This document shows, piece after piece, positions 1-10,170 of a stretch of 64,000 nucleotides of DNA. The stretch covers positions 128,001 through 192,000 of the forward strand of contig CBDCFW010000003.1 of assembly GCA_965216465.1 (NCBI GenBank). The letters run 5' to 3'. A program made the translations under genes and the position numbers. The stretch is from Bacteroidia bacterium (GTDB lineage: Bacteria > Bacteroidota > Bacteroidia > NS11-12g > UBA9320). A model generated the notes under the pieces. That model did not search any database, was not told the DNA's origin, and worked only from the letters and a program-made list of their open reading frames with translations. Within the stretch, counting starts at the first letter, position 1, and the number at the start of each line of letters is the position of its first letter.

Positions 1-314
1 CATTTATCTACTTCGCCTAGCATTCCTTTAGGGTTAAATTCAGCTAAAATCTTAGCTTCTTCTCCTGGAGCCACACTGTAGCTCGATGCTCTAGGGTTGG
101 TACAGCCGCATGCCGCATCAATTTCTGAGATTTCAAATGTTGCTGTGCCGTTGTTCTTGAACTTATATTCAGCAGTAACAACTCCAGCTTCTACATAAAT
201 GCGACCAAAGTCAATTGTTTTATTTACAAATTGAATGTCTTTTACATCAACTTGGCCAACTGCAAACAGATGGAACACAAGTGAGAAACAAAGAATGAAT
301 ATTGATTTTTGCAT
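1..314 (-). CDS. DUF1573 (Ig-like) domain protein, runs off the left edge
   Basis: Not in the ORF track; translated by hand from ATG 314: MQKSIFILCFSLVFHLFAVGQ...IDFGRI...YKFKNNG...IDAACGCTNP...VAPGEEAKI. Signal peptide plus the CGCT and DFG/F.N.G motifs typical of DUF1573. Confidence 0.8.
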   Translation of the reverse strand, partial: MQKSIFILCFSLVFHLFAVGQVDVKDIQFVNKTIDFGRIYVEAGVVTAEYKFKNNGTATFEISEIDAACGCTNPRASSYSVAPGEEAKILAEFNPKGMLGEVDK

Positions 315-420
315 TAGCACCTCAAATGAAACGTCTATATTTTGAAAAGAATTATCTTTTAGATGAAATGTTTATAAAAAACGTTGCCTTTGTTTCAAAT
401 TCTTCATTTACATTCGCCTC

Positions 421-1449
421 GTGAGCAATGAATTATTAGACGGTACAGGTCAAAATTTTTCAGATCAAGAGCGTGATTTTGAACGTGTCTTGCGACCTAA
501 GTCGTTTGATGATTTTACCGGCCAAGATCGTATTCTTGAGAACCTAAAAATCTTCGTAGAGGCAGCAAATCAACGCGATGAGGCCTTAGATCATGTTTTG
601 CTTCACGGACCCCCAGGTCTTGGAAAGACAACACTAGCACACATTATTGCGAACGAACTGAACAGTGGCATTAAAGTGAGTAGTGGTCCAGTTTTGGAGA
701 AGCCAGGTGACTTGGCAGGTTTGCTAACCAACTTGAATGAGGGTGATGTTTTGTTTATTGACGAAATTCACCGTTTAAGTCCTGTAATTGAGGAGTACTT
801 ATACTCGGCTATGGAAGACTATAAAATTGACATTGTTCTAGACACAGGTCCAAATGCAAGATCGGTTCAAATAGGTATCAGCCCCTTTACCTTAATTGGA
901 GCTACAACCCGCAGTGGGTTGCTTACAGCTCCGTTAAGAGCTCGTTTCGGAATTACTAGCCGTTTAGCGTATTACGATACCGATTTGTTGGCTGAAATAG
1001 TTGAACGTTCCTCATCCATTTTGCAAGTTCCTATCGACCATAAGGCAGCCATGGAGATTGCGGGTAGGAGTAGAGGAACCCCGCGTATTGCGAATGCCTT
1101 GCTTCGACGAACTAGAGATTTTGCACAAATTAAGGGTGACGGAAGCATTTCACTGGACATTGCAAAAATGGCACTGGGTGCTTTGAATGTTGATGCAAGA
1201 GGTTTAGATGAAATGGACAATAGAATATTGACTGCAATTATTGATAAGTTTAAAGGTGGACCGGTAGGGATCAATACCATTGCCACCGCGGTAAGTGAAG
1301 AAGCAGGAACTATTGAAGAAGTTTACGAACCGTTCTTAATCAAAGAAGGATTTCTTCAACGTACGGCTCGAGGAAGAGAAGCTACAGAGCTGGCGTACAG
1401 GCATTTAGGTAAGCAAATGAATAAAGGTGGAAACCCAAGCTTGTTCTAA
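421..1449 (+). CDS. ruvB: Holliday junction branch migration ATPase RuvB
   Basis: [12 protein letters not shown], Walker [46 protein letters not shown]. Confidence 0.98.
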   Translation: MSNELLDGTGQNFSDQERDFERVLRPKSFDDFTGQDRILENLKIFVEAANQRDEALDHVLLHGPPGLGKTTLAHIIANELNSGIKVSSGPVLEKPGDLAGLLTNLNEGDVLFIDEIHRLSPVIEEYLYSAMEDYKIDIVLDTGPNARSVQIGISPFTLIGATTRSGLLTAPLRARFGITSRLAYYDTDLLAEIVERSSSILQVPIDHKAAMEIAGRSRGTPRIANALLRRTRDFAQIKGDGSISLDIAKMALGALNVDARGLDEMDNRILTAIIDKFKGGPVGINTIATAVSEEAGTIEEVYEPFLIKEGFLQRTARGREATELAYRHLGKQMNKGGNPSLF

Positions 1450-2379
1450 ATGCATGCAGCTAAAACTCGACATACCCAAATTATAAAACGAATTGCCAAA
1501 GATCTTGGTTTTGATTTCTGTGGAATAAGTAAGGCCGAAAGGCTAGAGAACGATGAACGACATCTTGATCACTGGTTAAGTCAAAATTATCACGGTACCA
1601 TGCAGTGGATGGAGAATCACTTTGATAAACGTGTTGATCCTGCGAAACTTGTGCCTGGTGCAAAAAGTGTAGTATCGTTATTACTAAATTACCATCCCGA
1701 AGAAGAATTAGATAATCATGCAATTAAAGTGTCTAAATACGCATATGGTACGGATTATCACTTTGTTATAAAAGACAAAATGAAGAACTTTATGCATCGA
1801 ATTCAATCAGAGATTGGTGAAGTTGGGGGTAGAGTGTTTGTAGACAGTGCTCCTGTGCTAGATCGGGCTTGGGCAGCAAAAAGTGGTTTAGGTTGGATAG
1901 GTAAAAACAGTATGTTGATTACAAAACAGAAAGGAAGTTTTTACTTTATTTCTGAATTGATTATTGACTTAGAATTGGAAGAAGATCAAGCTACCACTGA
2001 CCACTGTGGAACCTGTACAGCGTGCATTGATGCGTGTCCGACCGACGCAATTGTCGCAGATAAAGTAATTGATAGCAATAGGTGCATTTCCTATTTAACC
2101 ATCGAGTTAAAATCTCAAATTCCAACTCATTTTAAAGGACAAATGGAAGGATGGGCGTTTGGTTGTGATATTTGTCAAGACGTTTGCCCATGGAATAGAT
2201 TTGCTTCACCGCATAGCACTTCTCAACTTCAATCTCATCCTATGCTTCGTGATTTGCATCAAGCAGAATGGGTTGAATTAACAGAAGAAGTATTTAAAGA
2301 AGTGTTTAGAAAGTCGGCAATTAAACGGGCCGGTTATGTGAAATTAAAAGAAAATATAGAGTTTTGTAAAGATGAGTGA
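1450..2379 (+). CDS. queG: Epoxyqueuosine reductase QueG
   Basis: [25 protein letters not shown], 4Fe-4S motifs [13 protein letters not shown] and [21 protein letters not shown]. Confidence 0.96.
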   Translation: MHAAKTRHTQIIKRIAKDLGFDFCGISKAERLENDERHLDHWLSQNYHGTMQWMENHFDKRVDPAKLVPGAKSVVSLLLNYHPEEELDNHAIKVSKYAYGTDYHFVIKDKMKNFMHRIQSEIGEVGGRVFVDSAPVLDRAWAAKSGLGWIGKNSMLITKQKGSFYFISELIIDLELEEDQATTDHCGTCTACIDACPTDAIVADKVIDSNRCISYLTIELKSQIPTHFKGQMEGWAFGCDICQDVCPWNRFASPHSTSQLQSHPMLRDLHQAEWVELTEEVFKEVFRKSAIKRAGYVKLKENIEFCKDE

Positions 2380-3769
2380 ACCTAATCCATCAGAAAACCA
2401 AGAATCAAGACAACCCAGTATTGCAGCTCAAGTAGCCAAATATTTGTCTGGAATATTTGCTCTAGATAACATTAACTACAAACAGTCGATTGAAGACATA
2501 AAGAGTGATGTCTCGTTCAAAGGATTCAATATTTGGATTTTAATCTGCTCGATTCTTGTCTGCTCGCTAGGTCTCAATATGAATAGCACAGCTGTGGTTA
2601 TCGGTGCTATGTTAATATCACCACTAATGGGGCCGATAGTAGGTTTGGGCTTAGGGATAGGAGTTTTCGATAAGAAGCTGATATATAGAGCTTTAAATAA
2701 TTTAGGTGTTGCTGCGGGAATCAGTATTCTTACTGCTTATATCTTCTTTCGAATTACACCAACAGAAGCCGTTCCTGAAATTTTAGCAAGAACAAAACCA
2801 ACGATGCTTGATCTATTCGTTGCATTTTTTGGCGGTGTTGCTGGAATATTGGCTGCCGCAAAATGTTTAAAGACCAATGTGGTGCCTGGTGTTGCAATTG
2901 CGACGGCTTTGATGCCTCCATTGTGCACAGCTGGATTTGGATTGGCGTCTGGCAATTGGGACTATTTTGCAGGAGCACTTTACTTATTCTTAATGAATAC
3001 CATTATGATAAGTGTTGCAGCTTTGTTAGTGGTTCTCTATTTAAGGTATCCAAAGTTTTCGTTTGTTGATACCAAGATGAAATTAAGAGTACGAAACGGA
3101 ATTATTGCAGTTGTAGTGTTGATTTCGGTTCCAAGCGGATATTTCTACTACAATCTGTTGCAAGAGAATTTAAGAGAAGAGCGAATTGAAAGCTTTATAG
3201 AACGTGAAATAGCTTCATTACCAGGAATATATGTTACGAACAAGGCATATGTTCCTAAAGACGATTCTTTAATTATTCATCTGAACGTGAACGGTATATT
3301 TTTAGAAAAGCACGAATGCGACTCTTTGGATAGTAAGATGGCTGCAGCAGGCATAGACGAGGCCAGGTTAGTTATTACCCAACCACAACCTATAGGGTTT
3401 AAAGAGCAGCGACTGGCTACTTTAAAATCAGATATTATCTCTGAACTGTACCAGCGAAGCTCGGTTTCTTTAGAAAGTAAGGACGATGAAATTGCCTTAT
3501 TGAAGCAGGAGATTGAAAAAATGAGCGGAGTTTCCTTGGCATCAAATAAGCTGACTGAAATGGCAAAGTCTCAATTCAAAATTGATGAGATGGCGATGGA
3601 TGTATTAATTTTCAACGACGGAACCCAACGAGATACCTTGCCGACTGCTTTAGTCTCTTGGCATGATGGCGTATCATCAAGAGATAAAAAAGAACAAACG
3701 CAAAAACTGATTTCATTGCTCCAAATAGAGCTGGAGACAAAAGAAGTTCGCGTGGTTGAATACCACTAG
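2372..3769 (+). CDS. DUF389 (TIGR00341-like) membrane protein
   Basis: [19 protein letters not shown] and [17 protein letters not shown] signatures; several TM helices. Confidence 0.9.
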   Translation: MSEPNPSENQESRQPSIAAQVAKYLSGIFALDNINYKQSIEDIKSDVSFKGFNIWILICSILVCSLGLNMNSTAVVIGAMLISPLMGPIVGLGLGIGVFDKKLIYRALNNLGVAAGISILTAYIFFRITPTEAVPEILARTKPTMLDLFVAFFGGVAGILAAAKCLKTNVVPGVAIATALMPPLCTAGFGLASGNWDYFAGALYLFLMNTIMISVAALLVVLYLRYPKFSFVDTKMKLRVRNGIIAVVVLISVPSGYFYYNLLQENLREERIESFIEREIASLPGIYVTNKAYVPKDDSLIIHLNVNGIFLEKHECDSLDSKMAAAGIDEARLVITQPQPIGFKEQRLATLKSDIISELYQRSSVSLESKDDEIALLKQEIEKMSGVSLASNKLTEMAKSQFKIDEMAMDVLIFNDGTQRDTLPTALVSWHDGVSSRDKKEQTQKLISLLQIELETKEVRVVEYH

Positions 3770-3796
3770 GCACAATATTTGAGTTATATTGAACAT

Positions 3797-4363
3797 ATGA
3801 GATACATCGTTATTCTAATTTTAGCTGGCTTTTCGTTAATGAGCATGGGCCAAAATGTAAATGATACTATTGATCCCAATGCTTTCAATCAACAATTGAT
3901 GGAAAAAGCAGTATTTGATAAGGTAAATGAGTATAGAGTGACCAAAGGGAAAAAAGAGTTGATTTATAACGCTGTTATTTATAAGGTAGCAGACGATCAA
4001 TTGCAATACATTAATGAGAAAGGGGAGCTCACACATGAGCAGAACACACCCAATAAGCGTTACGTGCGTGACCGTGTTAAATTGTATACAAAACAGCAGT
4101 ATTTTCATGCAGGCGAGAATTTGGCTCAAACATCAATACTCATCCCTACATACCAATACGACAGCAAAGGGAGAACAAAGATGTCTGTTGCATATACCTA
4201 TCAACAAGCTGCCGATTACATGTTTTATGCCTGGAAACAATCTGAATTTCATAACAAGAATATGTTATCTGACGTATACCAAATGTCAGCCATTGCTGTT
4301 GGGCTAGATCCTGAAGACAATACTTTAACTGGTGTACAAGTATTTGTTAAGATTGGTCGCTAG
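3797..4363 (+). CDS. CAP (SCP-like) domain exported protein
   Basis: Signal peptide from ATG 3797; VNEYR, AGENLA, W.QSEFHNKNML motifs. Confidence 0.85.
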   Translation: MRYIVILILAGFSLMSMGQNVNDTIDPNAFNQQLMEKAVFDKVNEYRVTKGKKELIYNAVIYKVADDQLQYINEKGELTHEQNTPNKRYVRDRVKLYTKQQYFHAGENLAQTSILIPTYQYDSKGRTKMSVAYTYQQAADYMFYAWKQSEFHNKNMLSDVYQMSAIAVGLDPEDNTLTGVQVFVKIGR

Positions 4364-5612
4364 CTTCGGTAGAGGTTAAAGCCATTCTGACCATATCGAG
4401 AGCGGTATAAGCTGTTCTTTCGATAACTTGAAGACGACTTCCTCGAAATCGACATTTATTCACCTCAACGTCTCCATTAGGTTTAGCGAGTCCAATGTAA
4501 ACCAAACCTACTGGCTTTGTAGGAGTTGCTCCTCCAGGACCAGCAATTCCGGTGGTTGAAATGCAAAAGTCAACGCCTAGCTTTTTTTGTCCATTTTTTG
4601 CCATTTGGTATGCAACTTCTTCACTTACAGCACCTTTTTCAATAAGATCATTCTGGTTAACACCAATATGTTTTACCTTATGATCGTAAGCGTAGGTCAC
4701 TAAACTGCCAAGATAATAAGCAGAGCTGCCTATTGCTGAGGTAATTTGATGCGACACAAATCCTCCCGAACAGCTTTCTACTGTTCCGATGGTGTACTTA
4801 TTCTCAGTGAGTAACTTTCCGATAATTTGAGAAATCCCTTGATCGCCTTCAAACCAAACGTTTCCAAGTATTTGTTTGATTTGGTCGAAGTATTGATCAA
4901 TTTCGATTTCCAATTCTTCTTTAGATGCAGCGTTAGACTTAGCTGTAAGCCTTAATCGCACTAAGTTAAGATGGGGTAGATAAGCGAGTTTTATATGATA
5001 CGGAAGTACTGTTTCTACGTGCTCAATCTTCTTGCTGATTAATGATTCAGGTACGTTAACTGTTGTAATCGTCTGATGTACAATAGTGTAATCGTCAAGA
5101 TGACCTTCGATACGAGGAAGTACTTCATGCTTCATGATATACTTCATTTCGTATGGAACTCCTGGCATGCTAACAAAGATTTTTCCAAATTCGTTGAAAA
5201 GCATTCCAGGAGCGGTGCCCTTTTTGTTTATGAGCACTTCACAATTTTCAGGTACGAGAGCTTGATCGAGGTTTATAGGCAGAATGTCGCGACCTATTTT
5301 TTCAAAGATGTGTCGAACTACTTCTTCGGCCGCTTCGCTTCGTTTTAATCCAACCTTAAAATATTGGGCCAGCGTCTTTTTTGTTATGTCATCTTTGGTC
5401 GGTCCAAGTCCTCCGGTCATCAGAATCAGATCGGCACGTTCTTTCGCTGTATTTAATGCATTTATAATGGCCTCAGGTTGATCGCGGATAGAGGTGATTT
5501 GATCTATGTCTATTCCCTTGGCGTTCAGCTCTTTGGCAATCCATGCAGAATTTGTATCGACAGTTTGACCAATTAAAATTTCGTCTCCTATGGTGATTAT
5601 TTCTGCAAGCAT
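4347..5612 (-). CDS. cinA: CinA family protein (MoCF-like domain plus PncC NMN deamidase domain)
   Basis: IITIGDEILIGQTVDTNS, TGGLGPTKDDIT, PGVPYEM, ESCSGG, GAVSEEVA, TGIAGPGG, KPVGLVY. Confidence 0.95.
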   Translation of the reverse strand: MLAEIITIGDEILIGQTVDTNSAWIAKELNAKGIDIDQITSIRDQPEAIINALNTAKERADLILMTGGLGPTKDDITKKTLAQYFKVGLKRSEAAEEVVRHIFEKIGRDILPINLDQALVPENCEVLINKKGTAPGMLFNEFGKIFVSMPGVPYEMKYIMKHEVLPRIEGHLDDYTIVHQTITTVNVPESLISKKIEHVETVLPYHIKLAYLPHLNLVRLRLTAKSNAASKEELEIEIDQYFDQIKQILGNVWFEGDQGISQIIGKLLTENKYTIGTVESCSGGFVSHQITSAIGSSAYYLGSLVTYAYDHKVKHIGVNQNDLIEKGAVSEEVAYQMAKNGQKKLGVDFCISTTGIAGPGGATPTKPVGLVYIGLAKPNGDVEVNKCRFRGSRLQVIERTAYTALDMVRMALTSTEASDQS

Positions 5613-5660
5613 TTACCTATTAAGAATTTTAAAATTATTTTCGCTGCAAATTATAGAAAA

Positions 5661-5990
5661 ATGAGGGAAGCAAAAGCAAATTTGGCAATAAATAACCTAC
5701 TAAAAGATGTTCAAAAGAAATTTGACGCAGGTAAAGTGGTAGAGCAGTTGCAAGAAATCAGAGAAATGGGTCGTTCTGAAGAAGATCCTACGATTGTGAA
5801 AATTTGTAGATTAGCAAGCGAGTATATTCAAGCAAATGAAGGATTTGACTTAGGTTATGTAGCTGAAGAAGAAATTGGTGACATGACTGATATGGAATAT
5901 CTGCTTGAACTAATGCTTAAAATCGAAAAGCAAGAAAATCGCGAAGAGATTCAAGACATTCGCGACCGTATAAAAGCGGATCTATACTAG
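5661..5990 (+). CDS. Hypothetical acidic helical protein
   Basis: 109-aa ORF with plausible composition, divergent from cinA; no recognised motif. Confidence 0.7.
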   Translation: MREAKANLAINNLLKDVQKKFDAGKVVEQLQEIREMGRSEEDPTIVKICRLASEYIQANEGFDLGYVAEEEIGDMTDMEYLLELMLKIEKQENREEIQDIRDRIKADLY

Positions 5991-6187
5991 AGGTTTCTCA
6001 ACACATTTAAATCTCTTTTAAGCTTACTTATTTTACGCTTAATAACCCCGGAGTCACTCCAAGCGTAACATGAGGCGGAAGAGCAGTGCCGTAAGTTTAG
6101 CGTTTAAACAACATTCAAAGCCCTTGAATTCAAATCGTTAACAAATTGAAAAGGAGTCGATTTTCGACTATTTTCGCAACCATAATT

Positions 6188-7271
6188 ATGACCACAGATC
6201 AATTCAACGAACTAAGGAGCCGCACAGCAAAACTGGCGGAATATCTTTGAAGTAGAAAAGAATTTAATTCTAATAGCAGAAGAGGAAGAGCAAACTCATG
6301 ATCCCAGTTTTTGGGATGATCCAAAACGTGCTGAAGCACATCTTAAAAACATCAAAAAGAAAAAAGTATGGACCGATGCTTGGGCAAATATTAACTCAGG
6401 TGTAGAAGAAATTGAAGTTCTTTTAGAGTTCAAGGAGATGGGAGAGGATGTTGCGGATGAAATTGAGTCAAATTATGCCAAAACCTTTGAAGAACTAGAA
6501 GATCTTGAGTTTAAAAACATGCTCAGCGGCGAAGAAGACCAGCTCGATGCTATTTTAGAGATAAATGCAGGAGCCGGAGGAACAGAGAGTAACGATTGGG
6601 CGAGTATGCTTAGTCGTATGTATCTCATGTGGGCAGAGAAGAACGGTTTTAAAGCTCAAGTAGTAGACCAGGTTGATGGTGATGTTGCAGGCATTAAGAG
6701 TATTACCGTCGAAATTTCAGGTGATTTTGCCTTCGGTTATTTAAAAGGTGAAAATGGAGTACATCGATTGGTCCGTATTTCTCCTTTTGATAGCAGTGCA
6801 CGTAGACATACATCATTTGCATCAGCTTATGTTTATCCTGTAGTTGATGATACCATTGAAATTGAAATTAATCCAAGCGATATTGAAATGCAAACATCTC
6901 GTTCTGGAGGTGCTGGAGGACAAAACGTAAACAAGGTAGAGACTAAGGTGCAGTTAACCCATAAACCAACGGGAATCGTTGCTGTATGCCAACAATCTCG
7001 GTCTCAGCTTGCGAACAAAGAGGAGGCATTAAAAATGATTAAATCGCAGCTGTACGACATTGAGTTAAGGAAACGAAATAATGCCCGAGCTGAAATCGAA
7101 AATGGTAAAATGAAAATCGAGTGGGGGAGTCAAATTCGAAATTATGTAATGCATCCCTATAAAATGGTTAAAGACGTTAGAACAGGTCAAGAAACCAGTA
7201 ATGTTCAAGCCGTTATGGACGGTGACTTAGAAGCTTTTCAGAAAGCCTACTTGTTAGGAGAAGAGAAGTAA
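6188..7271 (+). CDS. prfB: Peptide chain release factor 2 with programmed +1 frameshift
   Basis: ATG 6188 gives [20 protein letters not shown] then CTT TGA (6245-6250). The +1 frame continues EVEKNL...DPSFWDDP into the 6438 ORF, which carries the SPF specificity motif (VRISPFD) and GGQ. Confidence 0.96.
6236..6251 (+). promoter_or_regulatory. prfB +1 frameshift site
   Basis: GCGGAA TAT CTT TGA A; canonical CTT-TGA slippery site. Confidence 0.9.
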
Positions 7272-8267
7272 TTATTTGATAATCTCCATTAAGTGATCCA
7301 GCTTAGGCGTTAGAATTATTTCAATTCTACGATTCTTTGCTCGTGCTTCAGCTGTTTTTGCAGGATCAATGGGAACATATTTACTTCTTCCTGAAGGGAT
7401 AATTTTCAAAGGATCCATTCCTCCTTCAGTTGTCATGTAACGCACAACGGAAGTAGCACGGAGAACACTTAGGTCCCAGTTGTCTTGTATCGTACTTGAT
7501 CTCATAGGCACGTTGTCGGTATGTCCCTCAACCATAATGTCAAAATCTTCAAGGTCTTTGAGACTTTCAGCTACCTTCAATAAAGCTTCTTTTCCTTTCC
7601 AGTCGATATCTGTCTTGCCTGACTTGAAAAGCAAGCTATTATCCAATGAAACATATACTTTTCCATCCTTCTGAACCACTGTAATGCCGCTGCCTTCGTA
7701 TCCAATTAGAGCATTTGTTAGCTTATCCTTAAGCCCTTTTAGAGCCTCATCTCTAGCTGCTAATTGAGCTTCTAGTTCGTTTACACGACTTTCACGTTCT
7801 TTTAACGATGCATCTAGTGCGTCAAGTTCTACTTTAAGCTTTGCGGTCTCTTGTTCTTTTGCCAATAACGATGCTTCTTTATCAAATAATTCGCGCTCTT
7901 TTTGATCTAGTCTTTTATCTAGGCGTTCGAGTTCGTACCGCAAATCTTTCTTGGTTAGTTCATTGCTAGCCACCAAGTCTTTGTAATTTCTGTTTAGTAA
8001 TTCATAGGTCTCTTGAACCTTCTTAAATTCAACTTCCTGTTCTTCACATTGAGTTCTATACTCTTCATATTCAGCAAGTAACATTGTGAATTTACGTTGC
8101 TCCCTAGCATAGTTCGTGTCACAGTATTCTTTGAGACTTGAGAGTTCATCGAACTGACTTTTTAAGTTGTCGTAGGATACTTGAAGTTCTTCTAATTTTC
8201 TTGCAGGCACGCAAGAAACCAAAAATATAAGAGTGAATGCGATGAGTGTAAAGAAAGACTTGTTCAT
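7272..8267 (-). CDS. OmpA/MotB-family lipoprotein with long coiled coil
   Basis: Likely start MNKSFF (8267), lipobox LVSC, coiled coil, VEGHTDNVP, NWDLSVLRA, NRRIEI. Confidence 0.9.
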   Translation of the reverse strand: MNKSFFTLIAFTLIFLVSCVPARKLEELQVSYDNLKSQFDELSSLKEYCDTNYAREQRKFTMLLAEYEEYRTQCEEQEVEFKKVQETYELLNRNYKDLVASNELTKKDLRYELERLDKRLDQKERELFDKEASLLAKEQETAKLKVELDALDASLKERESRVNELEAQLAARDEALKGLKDKLTNALIGYEGSGITVVQKDGKVYVSLDNSLLFKSGKTDIDWKGKEALLKVAESLKDLEDFDIMVEGHTDNVPMRSSTIQDNWDLSVLRATSVVRYMTTEGGMDPLKIIPSGRSKYVPIDPAKTAEARAKNRRIEIILTPKLDHLMEIIK

Positions 8268-8363
8268 AAAGTGCACTATTTGTAAGTACAATAGTAAGAA
8301 TCGAATCGAGTAAGGATGTGTGCTAAGTTTAAACATATTAACACACGTTCAAAGTGAAACGTA

Positions 8364-8900
8364 CTAAAAAGAACGCTTGTTACCGCTCAGCTTTTCCAGC
8401 CGTCTTAGCGTATGACTGCCACGATTTTTTATTCCGCTTGAGGCATCAATCATGCAATTCTGAATCGCATCTGAAAGTTCTGGGATTAGCTCTTGATATT
8501 TGACGGCGATCAATTCACAAACCCGCATACTAAACGCTTTTACAGCAATTGCTTCTTTCGGGTCAAGTATAAAGCCCATACAAATGTCGTATAGCTCACC
8601 TTCGATCAATTCAGGAATGGGAACGAATTGATAGAGTCTAACAATGTTTCTTCGAATTGCATTATGCCTGTCATCATGACGAAGTTGCTCCACCATCTGC
8701 TGGTGGTAAGGGGCTATGAGTTGAGGTTGTTTTTCGCCTATATGTCCAACTACCCAACTGGTAAGCTGTGTAATGCGCAAATTGTTTCCCAGAAAGTGAA
8801 CCATAAGCTCTTCAAAAAGCTTAGCATCATGGCCAATGAACTCAATAATCTCGTTGATGGTTTGCTTGTTGTGCGGACGTTTTACTAACTCGTTGAGCAT
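8364..8900 (-). CDS. Hypothetical helical (HEAT/ARM-like) protein
   Basis: 178-aa amphipathic helical pattern; no catalytic motif recognised. Confidence 0.65.
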   Translation of the reverse strand: MLNELVKRPHNKQTINEIIEFIGHDAKLFEELMVHFLGNNLRITQLTSWVVGHIGEKQPQLIAPYHQQMVEQLRHDDRHNAIRRNIVRLYQFVPIPELIEGELYDICMGFILDPKEAIAVKAFSMRVCELIAVKYQELIPELSDAIQNCMIDASSGIKNRGSHTLRRLEKLSGNKRSF

Positions 8901-8926
8901 GCTAATTTATGCTTCAAAGCTACAAA

Positions 8927-10018
8927 TTACATGCTTGTTTTCATCGCCTCTTCTTCTTTAAATCGGTCGATTGCAAGATTGAGCAGGGTAGTTATAAGAT
9001 CGGTGTAGCTTAGGCCGGTTGCTTCCCATAGTTTTGGATACATAGAGATGTCAGTAAACCCAGGAATGGTATTCACTTCATTCACAAAGACGTCGCCATT
9101 TTCTTTCAGAAATACGTCGACACGTGCCATTCCTTCACAACATAAACACTGGTAAGTTTTTATTGCAACTTCTCTTATGGCGTTCATATCTGTTTCAGAC
9201 ATTTCTGCTGGAATGACCGTTACAGAACCATTCGCATCAACATATTTTGCATCGTAAGAATAGAACTTGTGTTCATCTCCAATGGTTAGTACTTCTCCGG
9301 TAGGCGATGCCTTAACATCGGCGTTTCCTCGCACGGCACATTCGATTTCTCTTCCCACAATATTTTCTTCAATCAAAACCTTGCGATCGAATTGAAAAGC
9401 TAATTCAATGGCTTGGTTAAATTCTTCTTCATTGTTAACCTTAGAAATGCCAACGGAAGACCCCAGATTTGGAGGCTTTATGTAGACAGGCATTCCAAGC
9501 TCGTTTTTAACCGTTTCGAATTTAATCTGGTCTTTTTCACTGTTGAGATAAGAAAGGAATTTTGAGTTTTTAATTCCCGCGTCGCGTAAGAGCCTTTTAG
9601 TCACTTCTTTATCAAGACAAAGTGAAGATCCTAGAACCCCAGGGCCAACAAATGGTAAATTGATAATCTTAAACAATCCTTGAATCGTGCCGTCTTCACC
9701 TCCGGTTCCATGTACAATGGGAAATACAACGTCAACGTTTCCGATGGATGAAAGGTCTTTTTTTAAGCACACTTGATTGTGCTGTGCACCTGGCACTACA
9801 GTTAGAGCCATTTGCTCATCGCTTAATACAACATCTTCTGAAAGCAGTTGGTCATGTGATTTTAAAATCCATTCTCCTGTTTTAGAAATGCCAATTAGTA
9901 GAGCATCATATAGGTTGATATCCAGTGCCTTAACAATGTTTCGAGCTGATCTTACAGAGACTTCATGCTCGGTTGATTTTCCGCCAAATAGAATTGCTAC
10001 AGTTTGTTTTTTTGCCAT
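8927..10018 (-). CDS. ddl: D-alanine--D-alanine ligase
   Basis: FGGKSTEHEVS, HGTGGEDGTIQG, GSSVGISKV, FYSYDAKY, NEVNTIPGFT.ISMYP. Confidence 0.96.
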   Translation of the reverse strand: MAKKQTVAILFGGKSTEHEVSVRSARNIVKALDINLYDALLIGISKTGEWILKSHDQLLSEDVVLSDEQMALTVVPGAQHNQVCLKKDLSSIGNVDVVFPIVHGTGGEDGTIQGLFKIINLPFVGPGVLGSSLCLDKEVTKRLLRDAGIKNSKFLSYLNSEKDQIKFETVKNELGMPVYIKPPNLGSSVGISKVNNEEEFNQAIELAFQFDRKVLIEENIVGREIECAVRGNADVKASPTGEVLTIGDEHKFYSYDAKYVDANGSVTVIPAEMSETDMNAIREVAIKTYQCLCCEGMARVDVFLKENGDVFVNEVNTIPGFTDISMYPKLWEATGLSYTDLITTLLNLAIDRFKEEEAMKTSM

Positions 10019-10170
10019 TTCTTGGTAGTTGTAAAACGATTACAATGCAATATTAATTATTCTATGAGCGAGGTTATACACCTATCGACATTCATTGTTA
10101 ACTATTTTCATTCTGTTGGAAGTCAAATTATTAGCTAAAAGGATTAAATTAGTCCCGAACAATTCAATTT

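Noticed and set aside
6060-6095. SRP RNA (ffs) call
   Set aside because: Apical stem is 1 bp instead of 3 and the rod is short; kept only as an unassigned structured element.
6438-7271. Truncated or pseudogene prfB as given by the ORF track
   Set aside because: Explained by the programmed CTT-TGA frameshift from ATG 6188.
7272-8267. Flagellar stator MotB
   Set aside because: Lipoprotein without the MotB TM aspartate motif; no motA partner.
8927-10018. VanA-type D-Ala-D-Lac ligase / vancomycin resistance
   Set aside because: Omega loop FYSYDAKY is the D-Ala-D-Ala type; no vanH, vanX or vanRS nearby.
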